Shown here: piece by piece, positions 26,526 through 41,096 of the stretch
How the letters are laid out: each line of letters begins with the position of its first letter
How positions within the stretch are numbered: the stretch's first letter is position 1
From: Octopus sinensis
Taxonomy: Eukaryota
Assembly (NCBI RefSeq): GCF_006345805.1
Contig: NC_042998.1
Location: 74,090,001-74,154,000, forward strand
DNA length: 64,000 bases
Reading direction: 5' to 3'
The notes under the pieces: model-generated
Database searches by the model: none
What the model was told of the DNA's origin: nothing
What the model saw: the letters and a program-made list of their open reading frames with translations, nothing else
Position numbers and translations under genes: made by a program

Positions 26526-26960
26526 CCCTTTAGCTTTCAGATTTCTCTGTCAAATGTAATGCTTATTTATTCAGATTGTTTTAAATTAATCCTGTGTTAT
26601 CTCATCGCTTTAAGAATTTAATGATGTGACTGTTTTACTTTTAAACTGACATTATAGGGTAGGTGTGAAAGTTCAGATCTAGCTGATTTGAAGATATAAC
26701 AGTTAGAATATTTTGGCTGGATAGGAGCAGTTTAAATGATAAAGGGTTAAACTGGCTGTATTTGACCTAAATATTCTATCTGTTCTAAGTTCAAACCATC
26801 CAGATCTGGCCTCTCACACCTATTCTACAATGTCATTCTAAAAGTAAACAATTGCATCATTTGAAATAATGAAGCTACAACATAATACATTATTAATTCA
26901 AAACAATGAGAATCAATAAACATAACCTTTAATAAAGTGATCTGAATACTAAAAGGTTAT
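26526..26960. mobile_element. Two opposed copies of a second piggyBac-type MITE family
   Basis: TTAA-ccctttagc...gataaaggg-TTAA (26526-26746), followed by a diverged reverse copy ending tactaaaaggtta. Confidence 0.75.
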
Positions 26961-27179
26961 GATGTGTATTAAAAGGGAGGATTTTCTGTGTCAGTAAAAT
27001 AATGATGATGATCATCATCTCTTAATGTGATTGGACAACCAATCCCAACCAGTCAGGGTTGTATTATTCATCCTTTCATCCTTTTGTCCTCTCAATTGCT
27101 GAATATAAAATGTAGTTCACAAGATCATCGTTTGGGTAATTTTCTCTAAGTCACCATCTCACCCTTGCATGCTAAACAA

Positions 27180-27310
27180 CTAAAAGGACTGGAGCAACTT
27201 GAAATGAAATGTTTCATTCAAGAAGACAATGCATAACCAGTCTGGGAATTGAAACTATGATCCTATGATCATGAGTGCAACCTCTAACCACTAAGCCATG
27301 CACCTTCATT
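27180..27310 (-). mobile_element. Old tRNA-derived SINE head and core fragment
   Basis: Minus strand tggcttagtggttagag...gtttcaattcccagact, then ttcatttcaagttgctccagt; similar to the plus-strand copy at about 60430-60570. Confidence 0.6.
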
Positions 27311-28094
27311 AAAATGACACATTAACTCTCTCTTTAAATGAGAATGTAGCAGGATGCACTCTGTCACCCTTACCATCTCTCCTAAAATTTGAGTAGTCAT
27401 GTAGCTCATCTACAAGAAACCTATTATGTTCTGGCCCCTTCTCTTATACTTTAATCTATTGTTTGCTCCTAATCAGCTAGGATAAAATTGCCCCTCATAG
27501 TCTTGCAAACTGCATGATGGCTTCATTAGTGTTGATGGCACAACAAAAAAAGCACCCAATACATGCTCTAAAGGGTTTGGTGTTAAGAAGGGCATGCAAC
27601 TGTAAAAAGAATGCCACTGAGCTGTGTAAAGCTATGATGCACCATAGATATCAAACAATTTTGGATAATTCCTCCGTCCATCAAGAAGACGTTGATAATA
27701 AGGAACTATAAGGTAGCAAATAGTTGTCCCTTATCATCTAAATATCTCTCATTCCAACATCACTCCTGAGACAGTAGTCAGCATCTTTTGTGAAAAGAAC
27801 ATACCCTGCTACAATGTTATGATTCTTATTTATTCCCTAATGGAGTTCCCTTCAAATGTTTTTTTATGCTTACACATTGTGCTGTATATATTTAGAAATT
27901 GTTACTTTCATGCTTAAAAGTGGTTGTGTTCCTTGCTTTTCTTTTTTTCTGGAAAATATTCGTTGGAATGCATTATCAGTTTATAATATGAAAATCAATG
28001 GTAAAATTAATTTCACATTACTGTTAGACTTTTCAGGAATGCATTACTCACATAACACAGGAGATTCTATATATTTATTTATACATACATATAT

Positions 28095-28118
28095 ATGTGT
28101 GTGTGTGTGTGTGTGTGT

Positions 28119-28150
<32 letters not shown>

Positions 28151-28317
28151 TATGTACGTATGTATGTATGTATGTATGTATGTATGTATGTATGTATGTA
28201 TGTATGTATGTATGTATAGATACATAGACAAACAGACAGACAAATAGATAGACAGATAAATGGATAGACAGACAAATAGACAAATAGATAGACTGATAGA
28301 TAGGCTGATTGATAGAC

Positions 28318-28388
<71 letters not shown>

Positions 28389-28391
28389 CAA

Positions 28392-28434
<43 letters not shown>

Positions 28435-28598
28435 TAGATAGATAGATAGATAGATAGACAGAGATATAGACATATATATATAGAGAGAGAGAGACAGACA
28501 GACAGATAGACAGAGAGAGACAGACAGGCAGACACACACACAGACAGACACACAGACAGACACACAGACAGACACACAGACAGACAGACAGACCGACT

Positions 28599-28669
<71 letters not shown>

Positions 28670-28682
28670 TGATAGATAGATA
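28095..28682. repeat. Compound microsatellite (TG)n-(TATG)n-(TAGA/CAGA)n
   Basis: Direct inspection. Confidence 0.95.
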
Positions 28683-28810
28683 TAGTGATGGAAATTAGAT
28701 TCAGAAACCAAGGTCCATAAGAATAAAGTTTGGGAAGGAAGTAAGTTAACTGCTATAATCCACACCCACTCTCCCATGAGTTGAAAAGTAGAATGCCATT
28801 CCCCTGTGTT

Positions 28811-28858
<48 letters not shown>

Positions 28859-29568
28859 ACTGTCATGTTATGTTGACAGTATACAACCATTCTATATATA
28901 TATATATACACATATACATATACATACATGCACGTATATCTATGTATGTGTGTATATATATATACATATACATATATGTGTTTGTGTGTGTATAAGCAGG
29001 CATGCATGTATACATATACACACACAAAGAAGTATAAAATACATATACATAGTATTCACATATATATAGAATTTAAAGATACATTTTCAAACCATAAGTG
29101 CACATGCTATCTTCGTGTTTTTAATGATGTCTTACTTCGGAATGGTAACGCAGCAGAACAAAATGTGATGTAACATGCATGAAGGTTTTTCTGCTGTAAA
29201 GTAGAATCTTTTCATTTGCCATCTTTACACCACATTGCTTAGCTGAATTACTATTTTTATTTCAATAATAGCATATATAAACATATAGCGTGTAGAATAT
29301 ATCTTCGTAAGTTTTACTTTTTTTTTTTTTAATGTTTTCAAAAGCTCCAAGCATATTAACATTAATATGACTGAAAAAATACATATATAATCTTGTCTCT
29401 ATTTTTAAATTTAGTCTAATGTTTTTAACACTGAAATAATATTCTCCACATATATTTGACATCTGTCGATGTGATATTTATATATCAGCTATCTAGTTCG
29501 CAGTTTCAACCGAGCTAGTTTCTATCTCTCTATCTATTTATCTGTCAGCCTATCTGTCTGTCTATCTG

Positions 29569-29613
<45 letters not shown>

Positions 29614-30068
29614 TAATCTATCTAACTATATATTTATTTATCTTTCCATATCTTTTATGCATCTACTTTTCAATTTGTCTGTCTATCTATCTGTAGCCAT
29701 TTGTCAATCTATTTATCTAGCTATTATCAGTTCATTTATGGAATCTATTTATCTCTAACTATTTATTATCTCTATGCATGTATGTATATATCTAAGTATG
29801 TATGTATGTATGTATGTATGTATGTATGTATGTATGTACGTATGTATGTATGTATGTATGTATGTATGTATGTATGTATGTATGTATGTATGTATGTTTG
29901 TATGTACGTACGTATGTATATATATGTTTGTATCTGTCTATCTATCTATCCATCTATCTATCTATCTCCCTATCTATATATTTGTCTGCCTCTGTGTCAA
30001 CTTAGTTCTTTAAATCTATTTGCATACATGCATGCATACATGCATATATATATATGTATGTATGTATG

Positions 30069-30124
<56 letters not shown>

Positions 30125-30128
<4 letters not shown>

Positions 30129-30830
30129 TGTGATGGATAAACTGTTGCCATTTTTTATTGTTAATTTCATGCATGTGCATTTATTTTTATTTTGTTGACT
30201 ACACAGTATAGTAGGGTCATCTGGGCACCATCTATGACAAAGATAGCACCATAACTCACTTCATTCCGCCAGAAATTTCAAAATTACATACTGTACTGCT
30301 TGGCGTTCACACCAGACCTCATAAAACAAATAGATGGTGAACATACAGAACAACCATTGGCTTTCTGTGTCCTGAAAACATGTATTGAGAGTGATAAAAA
30401 TCAAACATCCAGTTTTTTGGGGGTTTTGGGAGTGATCAGTAATGATGCCAACTTTATGCCTCTATTCAGCTTCCCACACAGCTTCAGACTCAACCCAGAG
30501 GCCTACATCAAGTAGCTGGAGGAGGTAGTGCTGCCCTGAGTCAAGAGCGTAGCTGCTGGAAGACCCTATGTCTGGTAACAGGTCTCTGCACCATGCTCAC
30601 ACAAGCACGAGAACCCAGTCATGGCTGTCAGACAATTTCTGTGATCACATCATCCCTAACATCTTGCCACCTAACTCCCCAAACAGCAACCCCTCTTTAT
30701 TATGTGTGGGGCACAGTTTGAGCAAGAAACCAACAAAACTCCTTGTAATACCAACGATGAACTGAAGGCAAGGATTAGAGCAGCATTCACCAACTTAAAC
30801 AAGGAGGCTGTCCAGAAGAGTTGCAGTTTT
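30125..30830 (+). mobile_element. Internally deleted Tc1/mariner-superfamily transposon with transposase relic
   Basis: VLGVISND..RLNPEAYIK*LEEVVLP*VKSVAAGRPYVW*QVSAP, HTSTRTQSWLSDNF..PPNSP.NP, ETNKTPCNTNDELKARIRAAF (decayed QDxAPxH and WPPNSPDxNP motifs); begins after (TA)n. Confidence 0.85.
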
Positions 30831-31218
30831 AGTTTTAGTTTATACACAACATTCTTAAGTATGCTCTCAATTTTTCATAAGGATAAAATATGCATATCCG
30901 AATTTGTTAGCTACAGTTTCCTTCATCGCGTCTTCTGTAATAATAATAATTCCCGTTGTATACTACTTGTACTGATGAGAACAGTGATATGTAATTAATT
31001 TAATTTAATAAAATTAATTTTAATTATTCTACCATGTTATTTACATGTTTAATGTTGCTGTTTGAAATGATTGTATGCATGTATCAAAATTCTTTTAAAT
31101 TTTAACATCCCTTCTCTATTTTTTTAACATACTTATTGAGTCTCTTATCATATATTCTAATAACACACAATATACACACATATATATAATATAAATAATA
31201 TATATATACATATATATG

Positions 31219-31323
<105 letters not shown>

Positions 31324-31459
31324 ATTAATAATAATAAAATATTAGTGAATAAATCCATTAAAATAATATAAATTAATTAATTTTACGTATTCGCTTATGT
31401 TTTTCTTGTTTGATTTGCCTAATAGTGGTTTTATCTCTAAATTAAAATAATATATATAC

Positions 31460-31490
<31 letters not shown>

Positions 31491-31551
31491 TATATGCATA
31501 TATGGGTACAGGTTATCACCAACTGTAAACAACATAAAGTACAAAAGCAAG

Positions 31552-32387
31552 CTGTTAAGCTCTATGTGCATAAATGTGTGTGTGTGGATGTGTCTATGTA
31601 CTTAACTGTTTGACAGGTATAATAAAAGATGCAGTGGGCCTGAACAAGAAGGCAAAGTAAGGTGTATTAGAGAAAGAACATCTAAGGTTTAGACAACATT
31701 CAAATGAGTTGATTCAACCATCCACAACTTGAGAATATGCAAACAACAAGAAAGAAAAATTGAAAACAGGACAAGTAACACAAAGAACGACCCTTCGTCA
31801 GTTGTCAACTGTCTCTCTACTCATCATTTCGAGCATTCAACAACAATTGAGTTTTCAAAGACAGTGGCTCCCATAACTTCCAAAATAAATGTTGGATGTT
31901 ATAAAGGGTCAAAGTTGGGAACAAAACAGGACAGTGGAGGCATACAAGGAATCTAAATGAAAACAAACATGGAGGGTCATTAGACCAGAACGAGGGGAGA
32001 AATAATGAACGCTGGGAGAAATATTTTCTTTGAAAAGAGAAAAAGATAGAAGAGAGAGATAGAAGACATCCAGTTCTTAAAACGTCATGTAGGAAAAGAA
32101 AGATGGTCATGTGAGAAAAAGAAAGATGTACGATGGCCATGTATGAGCAACGAGAGAGAAAAGGAGAAAAAGAGGAAGAAAGAGAGATAGACAGATAGAA
32201 AATGGTGAAGGGATGAAAAAAAGGAATTAGAGAAAGATGGGGGAGAAAACAGTATAGAGTAGAGTCGCATCAAAAAGGTTAAGATAAACTTATTTGGAAA
32301 TGGATGCATGGCATTCAATCAAATGATAATATAACTAATATATATGTATGTGTGTGTGTATGTATATATATATATATGTATATATAT

Positions 32388-32439
<52 letters not shown>

Positions 32440-32462
32440 ACATACATCTATGCATACATACA

Positions 32463-32496
<34 letters not shown>

Positions 32497-32530
32497 CATA
32501 CATACATACATACATACATACATACATACA

Positions 32531-32571
<41 letters not shown>

Positions 32572-32826
32572 GTCAATCAAATAAACTATCTGTATATCGG
32601 TTTGTCTATTTCTCTAGAGATATATTTCAGTATGTCTATCACTGTCAAGCTATATGTGCATAAATGTGTGTGTGGATGTGTCTATGTACTTAACTGTTTG
32701 ACAGTTATAATAAAAGATGCAGTGTGCCTGAACAAGTAGGCAAAGTAAGGTGTATTAGAGAAAGAACATCTAAGGTTTAGACAACATTCAAATGAGTTGA
32801 TTCAACCATCCACAACTTGAGGATAT
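31552..32826 (+). repeat. Local direct duplication of about 185 bp (31552-31738 and 32642-32826)
   Basis: Near-identical aagct(c/a)tatgtgcataaatg...caaccatccacaacttgag. Confidence 0.92.
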
Positions 32827-33859
32827 TGTGTGTCAACATTTCTGTCAATGGGTCACATAATTAGGTCATGAAGGGCAAGAGAAGCTATAGTTATTTCAAC
32901 TATTTTACTAATTAGATTGAGTGTATTCTGCACTTAGTGATCAGAGGTAGGGAAAGAAAACATGTCTATCAAACAAGAAAACATTATCAGACCAATATTT
33001 CATCAGCCAAATATTCATATATTTATTTCACTTTTATATTGGTTTTGTTGGGGGATAAATAGAACAATCTGTAATGTGTTCTAAATATGTCATTGGAAAC
33101 AATAGGAAGAAAGAAATCATTCATTCAATACTGTTTTCTAATGGCATCAAACATAGAAAACAATTACTGAAACATTGTGTCTCTCTGTAGTTTTGATATG
33201 TCTTGTAGCAGTGCCTACGTCAGGTCAGCGAAAGAGATCAGTCGTTCATTCAGTAAGAATGGTTAGTTGTTCGTTTAATAATATCCTTTCCATTACGTTT
33301 CATTAATTGTTTGGATATTTCTTCAGTGTTGGATTATCTTGTGTGGATTGTTGAACTCAAGTTACCTTATTTGTTCATCCTGAATGGTCAACCAAGCAAC
33401 AGTGAGGAGAAATCTTATGAAATGAGATTTCAGTATTGGAAATTTCTAAATTGTGTGTTGTTATGGTATAAAAGTCTTAATTAGTGAAGAGAACCAGTAA
33501 GATTTATGAAGAAATGGTGAGTTGAAATCACAAGATTTTGAGGAATGAGAGAAAAGATTTTATTAAGTTACATGTTACATAAAGATCTTGCCTAAAGTGT
33601 AGTCTTCATATCCAACATGGCAACATGGACTTAGAGTGTGTGTGTGTGTGTAAGAATAAAATTGTTGCTTCTCATAAAACGAGCACCTTTCATACAACCT
33701 CAGCACTATATCTTTATGTGCATTTTAAAAGTACTATTTTTTCAGTAACCTATTTTCTGTGATGGAAGCTATTTTTGGCAATTCTTATGTCAGTAGTTGG
33801 CATGTCTTTTGTCAGTTGACAAAACTTACAGCTCTTTATAATAAGTAACAGGACAAGTG

Positions 33860-34170
33860 TTTTATCTATTGACTGTTAATCTTCTGTTTGTTGATGGTGG
33901 GTCTTTTGGCTTTTGATGACAAGTTTTTACACAGTTGGCAGTCAGTTTTTTTTGGCTGCTGGTGGTATGCCTTTGTCTGTTGAAGGTGAGTGTTTTAGTT
34001 GTTGTTGTTGGAAAGTCATTTAAATGCTGACACCAAGATTTTTGGCTGTTGCCCATACATATTTTGTCTGTTGATGGTGAGTCTTTAGGCTGTTGATAGC
34101 AATATTTTGGCTGTTAATAATGAGGTTTTTTTACTGTTCATGGCAAGTTCTTTGGCTGTTGATTGTGAGT
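33860..34170. repeat. Degenerate minisatellite, unit about 21-23 bp
   Basis: Recurring (c)tgttga(t)gg..ttttgg units. Confidence 0.65.
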
Positions 34171-34499
34171 TATTTTTTCAATTTTTACTTGTTTCAGTCA
34201 TTTGACTGTGGGCTTGCTGTTTCAATGTCCTAATTTCATGAATGACAATGACCTTGGAAAGTTTGAGCCATGACCTTGAGGTTTGTTTCATGTGAAGCAT
34301 TGATCCAGGATAGACAAGCATACTCAATAATGACTTGCATATCAATTTTGTAGATGTTGAATCTGTATCTATTGGTTTACATAGTACTCTAAGCCTCAAT
34401 ACATCTCTGTTGTATTCTATAGAAAATTGTTCTGCCCACTCCAGCTTTCTCTCAAAGATACAACCAGAATTTCAAGTTCTTTTGTCATAAAAAAAAAAC

Positions 34500-34642
34500 T
34501 TAGAATTCCTTTTTAATAAATTCCCTTGACAAAACCATTGTTTTGTATTTTAATGGCTCAAATATTGTTTTCTGGATATCCAGTCAATCTAGCAATCCCA
34601 GAGGTATTGGGCTCACTACTTTTCCCTGTCTTCATAAATAAT
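34500..34642 (+). pseudogene. CR1-like reverse transcriptase fragment, highly decayed
   Basis: IPEVLGSLLFPVFINN resembles PQGSVLGPLLFLIFIND. Confidence 0.55.
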
Positions 34643-34647
34643 CAGAT

Positions 34648-34855
34648 TCTTTTCTACTCTAGGCACAAGGCCCGAAATTTTGGGGGAAGGGCCCAGTCAA
34701 TTAGATTGACCCCAGTATGCAACTGGTACTTAATTTATCAACCCTGATAGGATGAAAGGCAAAGTCGACCTCGGCGGAATTTGAACTCAGAACATAAAGG
34801 CACGTGAAATACCATTAAGCATTTTGCCCAGCATGCTAACCTTCTGCCAGCTTGC
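34648..34855 (-). mobile_element. SINE family A-related copy
   Basis: ggatgaaaggcaaagtcgacctcggcggaatttgaactcag; further decayed copies at about 36090-36270, 40225-40432 and 51030-51230. Confidence 0.85.
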
Positions 34856-36477
34856 CTGTAAAACAAGCTATACCAGTACATTGATACCTCTATACTGTAT
34901 CTGTAATATCAACAGATGAAAGTAATTTGACAGCAGTTAGCTTAATCAAAGAAATGAATGTTGAAAATCTAGTGAGAAGTCAGAAACCAATATTTGAGAT
35001 CTTGAAATACAGATTAATGGTTTTTATCAAAGGATGATGGCATTTTTTATTAGAATTAGTTTTTTAGATAATGATTGTTCTTGTTAATAAACATGAAATT
35101 TTAATTGATTATAATTTCTTGGTTTACCACACCATGTATGCTAGTGACCATTTTTCTATTAAGTCTAATTCTTTAACAGATGAAAGAGATGGCACTTCCA
35201 TTTAGAAGTTCTATTGTTTCCGCTTTTTATCATTTACTTTGAAGTCAAAGTAGTGCCTGGCTTTCTACAGGATCTCTGAGCCTCAAAGGAAAGAAGATGC
35301 TCTGAAACTGGAGACTTGGTCTGGATGTCTGCAACAGAGTGGACTCCACTTAAGACTGTGACATTAAACTGGGCAACAGCCTATACAGACCACCCAAATA
35401 TACAATGGCAGAATTTGAACACAGGACACAAAGCATTGTAACAAATACTGCAAGTTATCCAATCCCATAATTACTGATGACTTTGCTAAATAGATATACT
35501 GTATACCAGACCTCTTTAACCCATAGTAGCACAAAAATATTGATATTTAAACATTGGTGAAGAATAAATGATTAAATCTGTTGGTTATCGTATCATAGAG
35601 AAGTACTTCTACTGAAGTTATAGCAAGATTAATGGAATATATTATGATTGATTTTTTTTATCTGTTTTTAAATACATTCCATTTAGAAAATATCTGTCAT
35701 AAAAGTTAATTCGTAGAGACTGCAAATAAGGCAAAAGAATTTCTTCTTCCTAAGCCATGAGAAAAAAAAAACAGAATCGCAAGACCTTAACTAAAATTTT
35801 AAGACACAACATATTCTAGAAGGAGACTGACAGCTGACACCATGGCTACTTGAACATACAATACACATATAAATTTGGTACTGAAAGTAGAACATTTCAA
35901 GATATAATCAGCAAAAAAAAATAATACATATGTAAACAGTATTTCATATTTCTAACCTAATTATTAAAAAAATATAATTAAAAAAAACCAGAGGAAATAA
36001 CCATTCTATCTGCTAACACAGAGAAGAGGAAGTTAAGGAAATATGGACTGATACAGGAATGTAAAACCTTATATAAAGGATATATTTGGCAATGAACTGG
36101 TGGAATCATTAAAGTATTGGATAACATGCCTTGAGGTGTTTCTTCTGGTTCTTTACATTTACAGTTCAGATTCTGCTGGGGTCAACTTTGCCAGTCAAGT
36201 ATTGAGGTTGATGGTACCAACTAACCCACCCCTCCCCTCAAAATGGCTGGCCTTGTACCTAAATCAGAAGTAATTATGATAGTTAAATTTCATGGAAAGG
36301 ATAATTAAGATGATTGAACAAACAAACAACAAAACTAAATTTGAAATTGAGTTGCGTTTTTAAGAACATACATATGCACTCTCATACATATACACTTACA
36401 TGAATAGACATAACAAGCACATCGTGTGTAAAAGCTCAGGGTAGGCAGTAGGCACCATTAAGGTAACTGACATGTAT

Positions 36478-36975
36478 ATCATCATCATCATCATCATCAT
36501 CATCGTTTAACGTCCGCTTTCCATGCTAGCATGGGTTGGACGATTTAACTGAGGGCTGGCAAAACAGATGGCTGCACCAGGCTCCAATCTTGATCTGGCA
36601 GAGTTTCTACGGCTGGATGCCCTTCCTAATGCCAACCACTCTGAGAGTGTAGTGGGTGCTATTACGTGCCACCAGCACGGGGGCCAGTCAGATGGTACTG
36701 GCAATGACCTCGCTTGAATCTTTTTACACATGCCACCGGCACAGATGCCAGAAAGGCAACATAGGTAATGATCACGCTCGAATGGTGCCTTTTACTTGCT
36801 ACTGGCACAGAAGCCAGTTAGCTGCTCTGGCAATGATCACGCTCAGATGGTGCTCTTAGCACCCTACTAGCACGGGGCACAAGTGGCAGTAAGGCGACGC
36901 TGGTAATGATCACACTTGAATGGTGCCTTTTATGTGCCACTGGCACGGAAGCCGATTAGCCACTCTGTCAACAAT
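36478..36975 (-). mobile_element. (TGA)n-tailed RTE-like non-autonomous element with internal subrepeats
   Basis: Reverse complement of cacccactacactc..gagtggttggc.ttaggaagggcatccagc..ccaacccatgctagcatggaaagcggacgttaaa(tga)n. Confidence 0.8.
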
Positions 36976-36998
36976 CACATATATATAAATATAGATAT

Positions 36999-37049
<51 letters not shown>

Positions 37050-37655
37050 ATACACAATCACTTGAACTGACATACCAGGCACATCGTGTGTAAATTCTCA
37101 GGGTAAGCAGTAGGCATCATTAAAATAGCTCGTCAACAAAAGTTTTATTACTATTGGACAATATGATAAAAATGTTTTGACAACAAAAAGACATTTACAT
37201 ACACACACGCACAGCATAAACACATATATGTATGTATATGCTTGTATACGTATATATGCATAAGAATCAAAAAATGGGCACCCATATAGCATATGGAGAA
37301 ACAGACATAAAATGGTGGTGGTGGCGGTGATTGTGATACAGGCACACATACACATACATCTATTAAGTATGCAAAAAGCAATGTTTATTTATACACACTT
37401 GATCCACATATAACTATTTTATGCAACAATATTAACATGCACACATGCACACACAAACACACATACATATACACATACATGCATGCATACATACATACAT
37501 ACATACATACATACATACATACATACATACATACATACATACATGCTTTAGTACTATTTCATAATCATGTGGAATTTAAAGTTTCTAAATCTCCAGAGGG
37601 AGAACATGCATGATATAGATATGCACGATTTATAAACATGCATGCGCATACACAT

Positions 37656-37723
<68 letters not shown>

Positions 37724-39529
37724 CTCACTTGTTAATATCACTTTCTGTTCTTTATTCCACTCAAATATATTCTGACACTGAACTCCCTTTAAATTGGTTT
37801 CATAATACATTGTGATTGAGAAACAGCAAAAGTTTCCCTTATTTAATTTCAAAGTGCCAGTGGCACATAAAAAGCACCTTTTGAGATTTGTGACTCATGG
37901 AGGCAATGTGGCCAATGCTGGTGTCATATAACTAGTACCTGTGCTGGTGGCACATAAAAAGCACCTTTCAAGCAGTGCACCTCATGGAGGCAATGTGGCC
38001 AATGCCAGTATTGCATAATTAGTACCTGTGTCAGTGGCATGCATAAAGTACCTTTCAAGCATTGAGTTTTACAGAGGCAATATGGCTGATGCCAATGCCA
38101 CATAACTAGCACCTGGGCCAGTGTCATGTGACTAGCACTTGTGCCAGTGGTATGGGCTGAACAGTTTGACTGGAGCCAGCCAGGTGGAAGACTACTACAC
38201 CAGGCTACTGTGTCTATTTTGGCATGGCTTTTATAACTGAATGTCCTTCCTAACACCAGCCAGCCCACATAAATTTGAGGTACTCTCTCTAGGGAGTCAA
38301 GCTTCAGCTCTTTGTGCCTCTCTCAATAGCTCACATGTTGCGCTTAGACAAATCTTCTTGTTATAACAGCATTGGATTGCAGTAGTTCAGATGATTTACA
38401 ACAACTGTTTGCCACAGGACCAACATTATTGGTTCTGTATAATATATTGGAAACATACACATATGCACATGCATACACACACATACTGTGTTGTAGAACT
38501 TTTCTACAGATTCATATGTTATAATGTAAGTAAAGAATTTATCTTTATAATAACAATATGTTTGTGGACAGAAAAGAAAGAACAGATGTACATGGACATT
38601 TTAGTTTTGATTGGGATCTCATCAGTAAGTGTGTACATTCTTCGACATCCTATGAATGCACTGGTTAATATATGTCAGCTAGGTAGACCATTTTGCATAT
38701 TTAATGATGGAGTCTCAGTATAGTTGTCCCTGTTTTCTCTGTTTCTGCAGGGTACATATCAAAGTATTTTTGCACAATACACTGAAATATGATTGGGGAA
38801 GTCTTTTCTAAACAAATTTTTTTAATCCTAAATTATTTTTAATGTCACCCCTGTCTCTCCACACCCACCTCCCTCCCTTGTACCTTTATATCAGAAATTA
38901 TCATTAAACAAATATTTCCATCTACCCAACCCTCTTGTTATTATATTCCATATTCTGAAACAAATAATCCAAATTTTTACACCAAAAAATATCTTTAAAT
39001 CCATATATTTTAAATGTGCCCTCCCCATTCCCCAAACAGCATCCACCATTAAAATGGTTCTTTTTTTTTATTATTATCAGTCATTTTAATGTATTCCACA
39101 ATCTGAAACACTTGAAATTCAGATTTAAAACATAACAAAAATTCTTAAACCCCTCCCTCTATTGTAACTTTCACAAATTTCTTTTTGCTTCTTTTTTTGT
39201 TATTTTTCTTTTATATTTTTCTCATATTGTAAAAATATCTGTTTTTCTATACAATGTAGAAATTAAACCAAGAGGTAAATAAGAATATATTAACATTTAC
39301 CTGGTTTAAGTTGACACTATTCTCATCAAATTTAATTTTACATGCTTAACCAAAAATAAATATAAGGTTTTACTTAAGACAGGGTGTTGCTGTGACAAAC
39401 TGTTGCTATGATAGACAGAAGAGAAAACAAGCAATATTATTGCCCCCATTGTACTTTTCTCCAATTAAAGATATTCTTTTCTACATTTTAAATGGCTGAA
39501 ATTATTGTCTTAAGCCAAGTGATGTTGTA

Positions 39530-39736
39530 GACATGGCCAGTGCTGGTGGCACATTAAAGGCACCCATACCAGTGACACATAAAAAGCACCCACTACGCTT
39601 TTGGAGAGCTTGGCTTTAGAAAGGGCATCCAATCATAGAAGCCAAGCCAAAACAGATTGGAACCTGGTACAGCTCTCCAGCTTACTGGTGCCAGTCAAAC
39701 CATCTAACACATGCCAGGATGGAAAATGGATACTAA

Positions 39737-39792
<56 letters not shown>
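39530..39792 (+). mobile_element. (TGA)n-tailed RTE-like element, decayed
   Basis: Same tail consensus with CpG loss; related copies at about 21480-21640, 22435-22586, 37855-38265, 41800-42030 and 62600-62890. Confidence 0.7.
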
Positions 39793-39793
<1 letters not shown>

Positions 39794-40824
39794 GTTCTTT
39801 TAAAATTTTGATTCTTTTTTCACGCACCAACTTGTGGAGTCTGTTTTGTTTTTGTTTTTAATTGTGAAGGGTTTGATGAAGGAGAGTGTGTAAGAAATTG
39901 CATTTTGTTTTATTTTAAATGTAAATTTCAAATGTTTCAGAATGTGGAAGTCAATAAAATTACTAAAAATAATGGGAAAGAAAATTATTTTTGTGGTGCT
40001 GTTTTAGGGGAAGGGGTAGGGGAGAACAGGACAATGTCTAAAACAAATTACAGATTCGGGTATTTTTTTTTTTTAGACAAAGCCTACTACATCATTTTGG
40101 AATACACAAAAAAAATTGAAAAATTCTAGTAAAAGTAATGAAAATTCAACTTATGTGAGAGGCAGCTATTCTGAAACTCTGCTCATTTAACACTTTCAAG
40201 ACAGCTAGTGCAATTATTAAATTGATTTTAAATTTTGGCACAAGGCCAGCTATTTCAGATTAGGGAGTAAGTCAATTACATGAACCCCCATTGCTTGACT
40301 GATACTTTATTTTATCGACCCCAAAAAGATGAAAGGCAAAGTCAACTTCAGTGGAATTTGAACTGAGAATGTAAAGATGGACCAAAGGCCACTAGGAATT
40401 TTGATCAGCAAGGCAACAAATCTTCCGGCTTGACTATTAAATTATTAGTGTGTTAACATTCTTTAGTTTCATTGTTATAATGTATTATAAAAATAGACCT
40501 CATTTTGGGTTTTTCTTTTTTAACCATCACTATTTTACAGTGACTATTAACAATCCACAATATGTGTGTAAGCAGAAAAAGGAGAACAGCTACTGGTTTT
40601 GCATACCAGTTGTCAGCAGCTGTGTGCCACTTTCAACTAGGGTTAATGCAAAGTGAATAGATCAAACGACAAATTTATCTTACATTTATGTATTTGCTTT
40701 ACAAGATTCTTGATGTGAAATTGTGTTTTGGAAAAGATATTGTTAAATTTAGGGACTGCCATTGGAATAAAAAGTCACTGAAGAGGTCACAGGATATGTG
40801 ATGAAAGAGTTTTGACAAAGGAGG

Positions 40825-41096
40825 TTGTTGCCAGTGCCGCTGGACTGGCTCCTGTGCAAGTGGCACATAAAAAGCCCCATTTGAGCATGGCCGTTGCCAG
40901 TACTGCCTGACTGGTCCTCACGTAAAAGCACCCACTACACTCTCGGAGTGGTTGGCATTAGGAAGGGCATCCAGTTGTAGAAACTCTGCCAGATCAGATT
41001 GGAGTCTGATGCAGCCATCTGGTTCGCCAGACCTCAGTCAAATCGTCCAACCCATGCTAGCATGGAAAGCGGGCGCTGAACGATGATAATGATGAC
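40825..41096 (+). mobile_element. (TGA)n-tailed RTE-like element
   Basis: Tail consensus plus one subrepeat. Confidence 0.8.
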
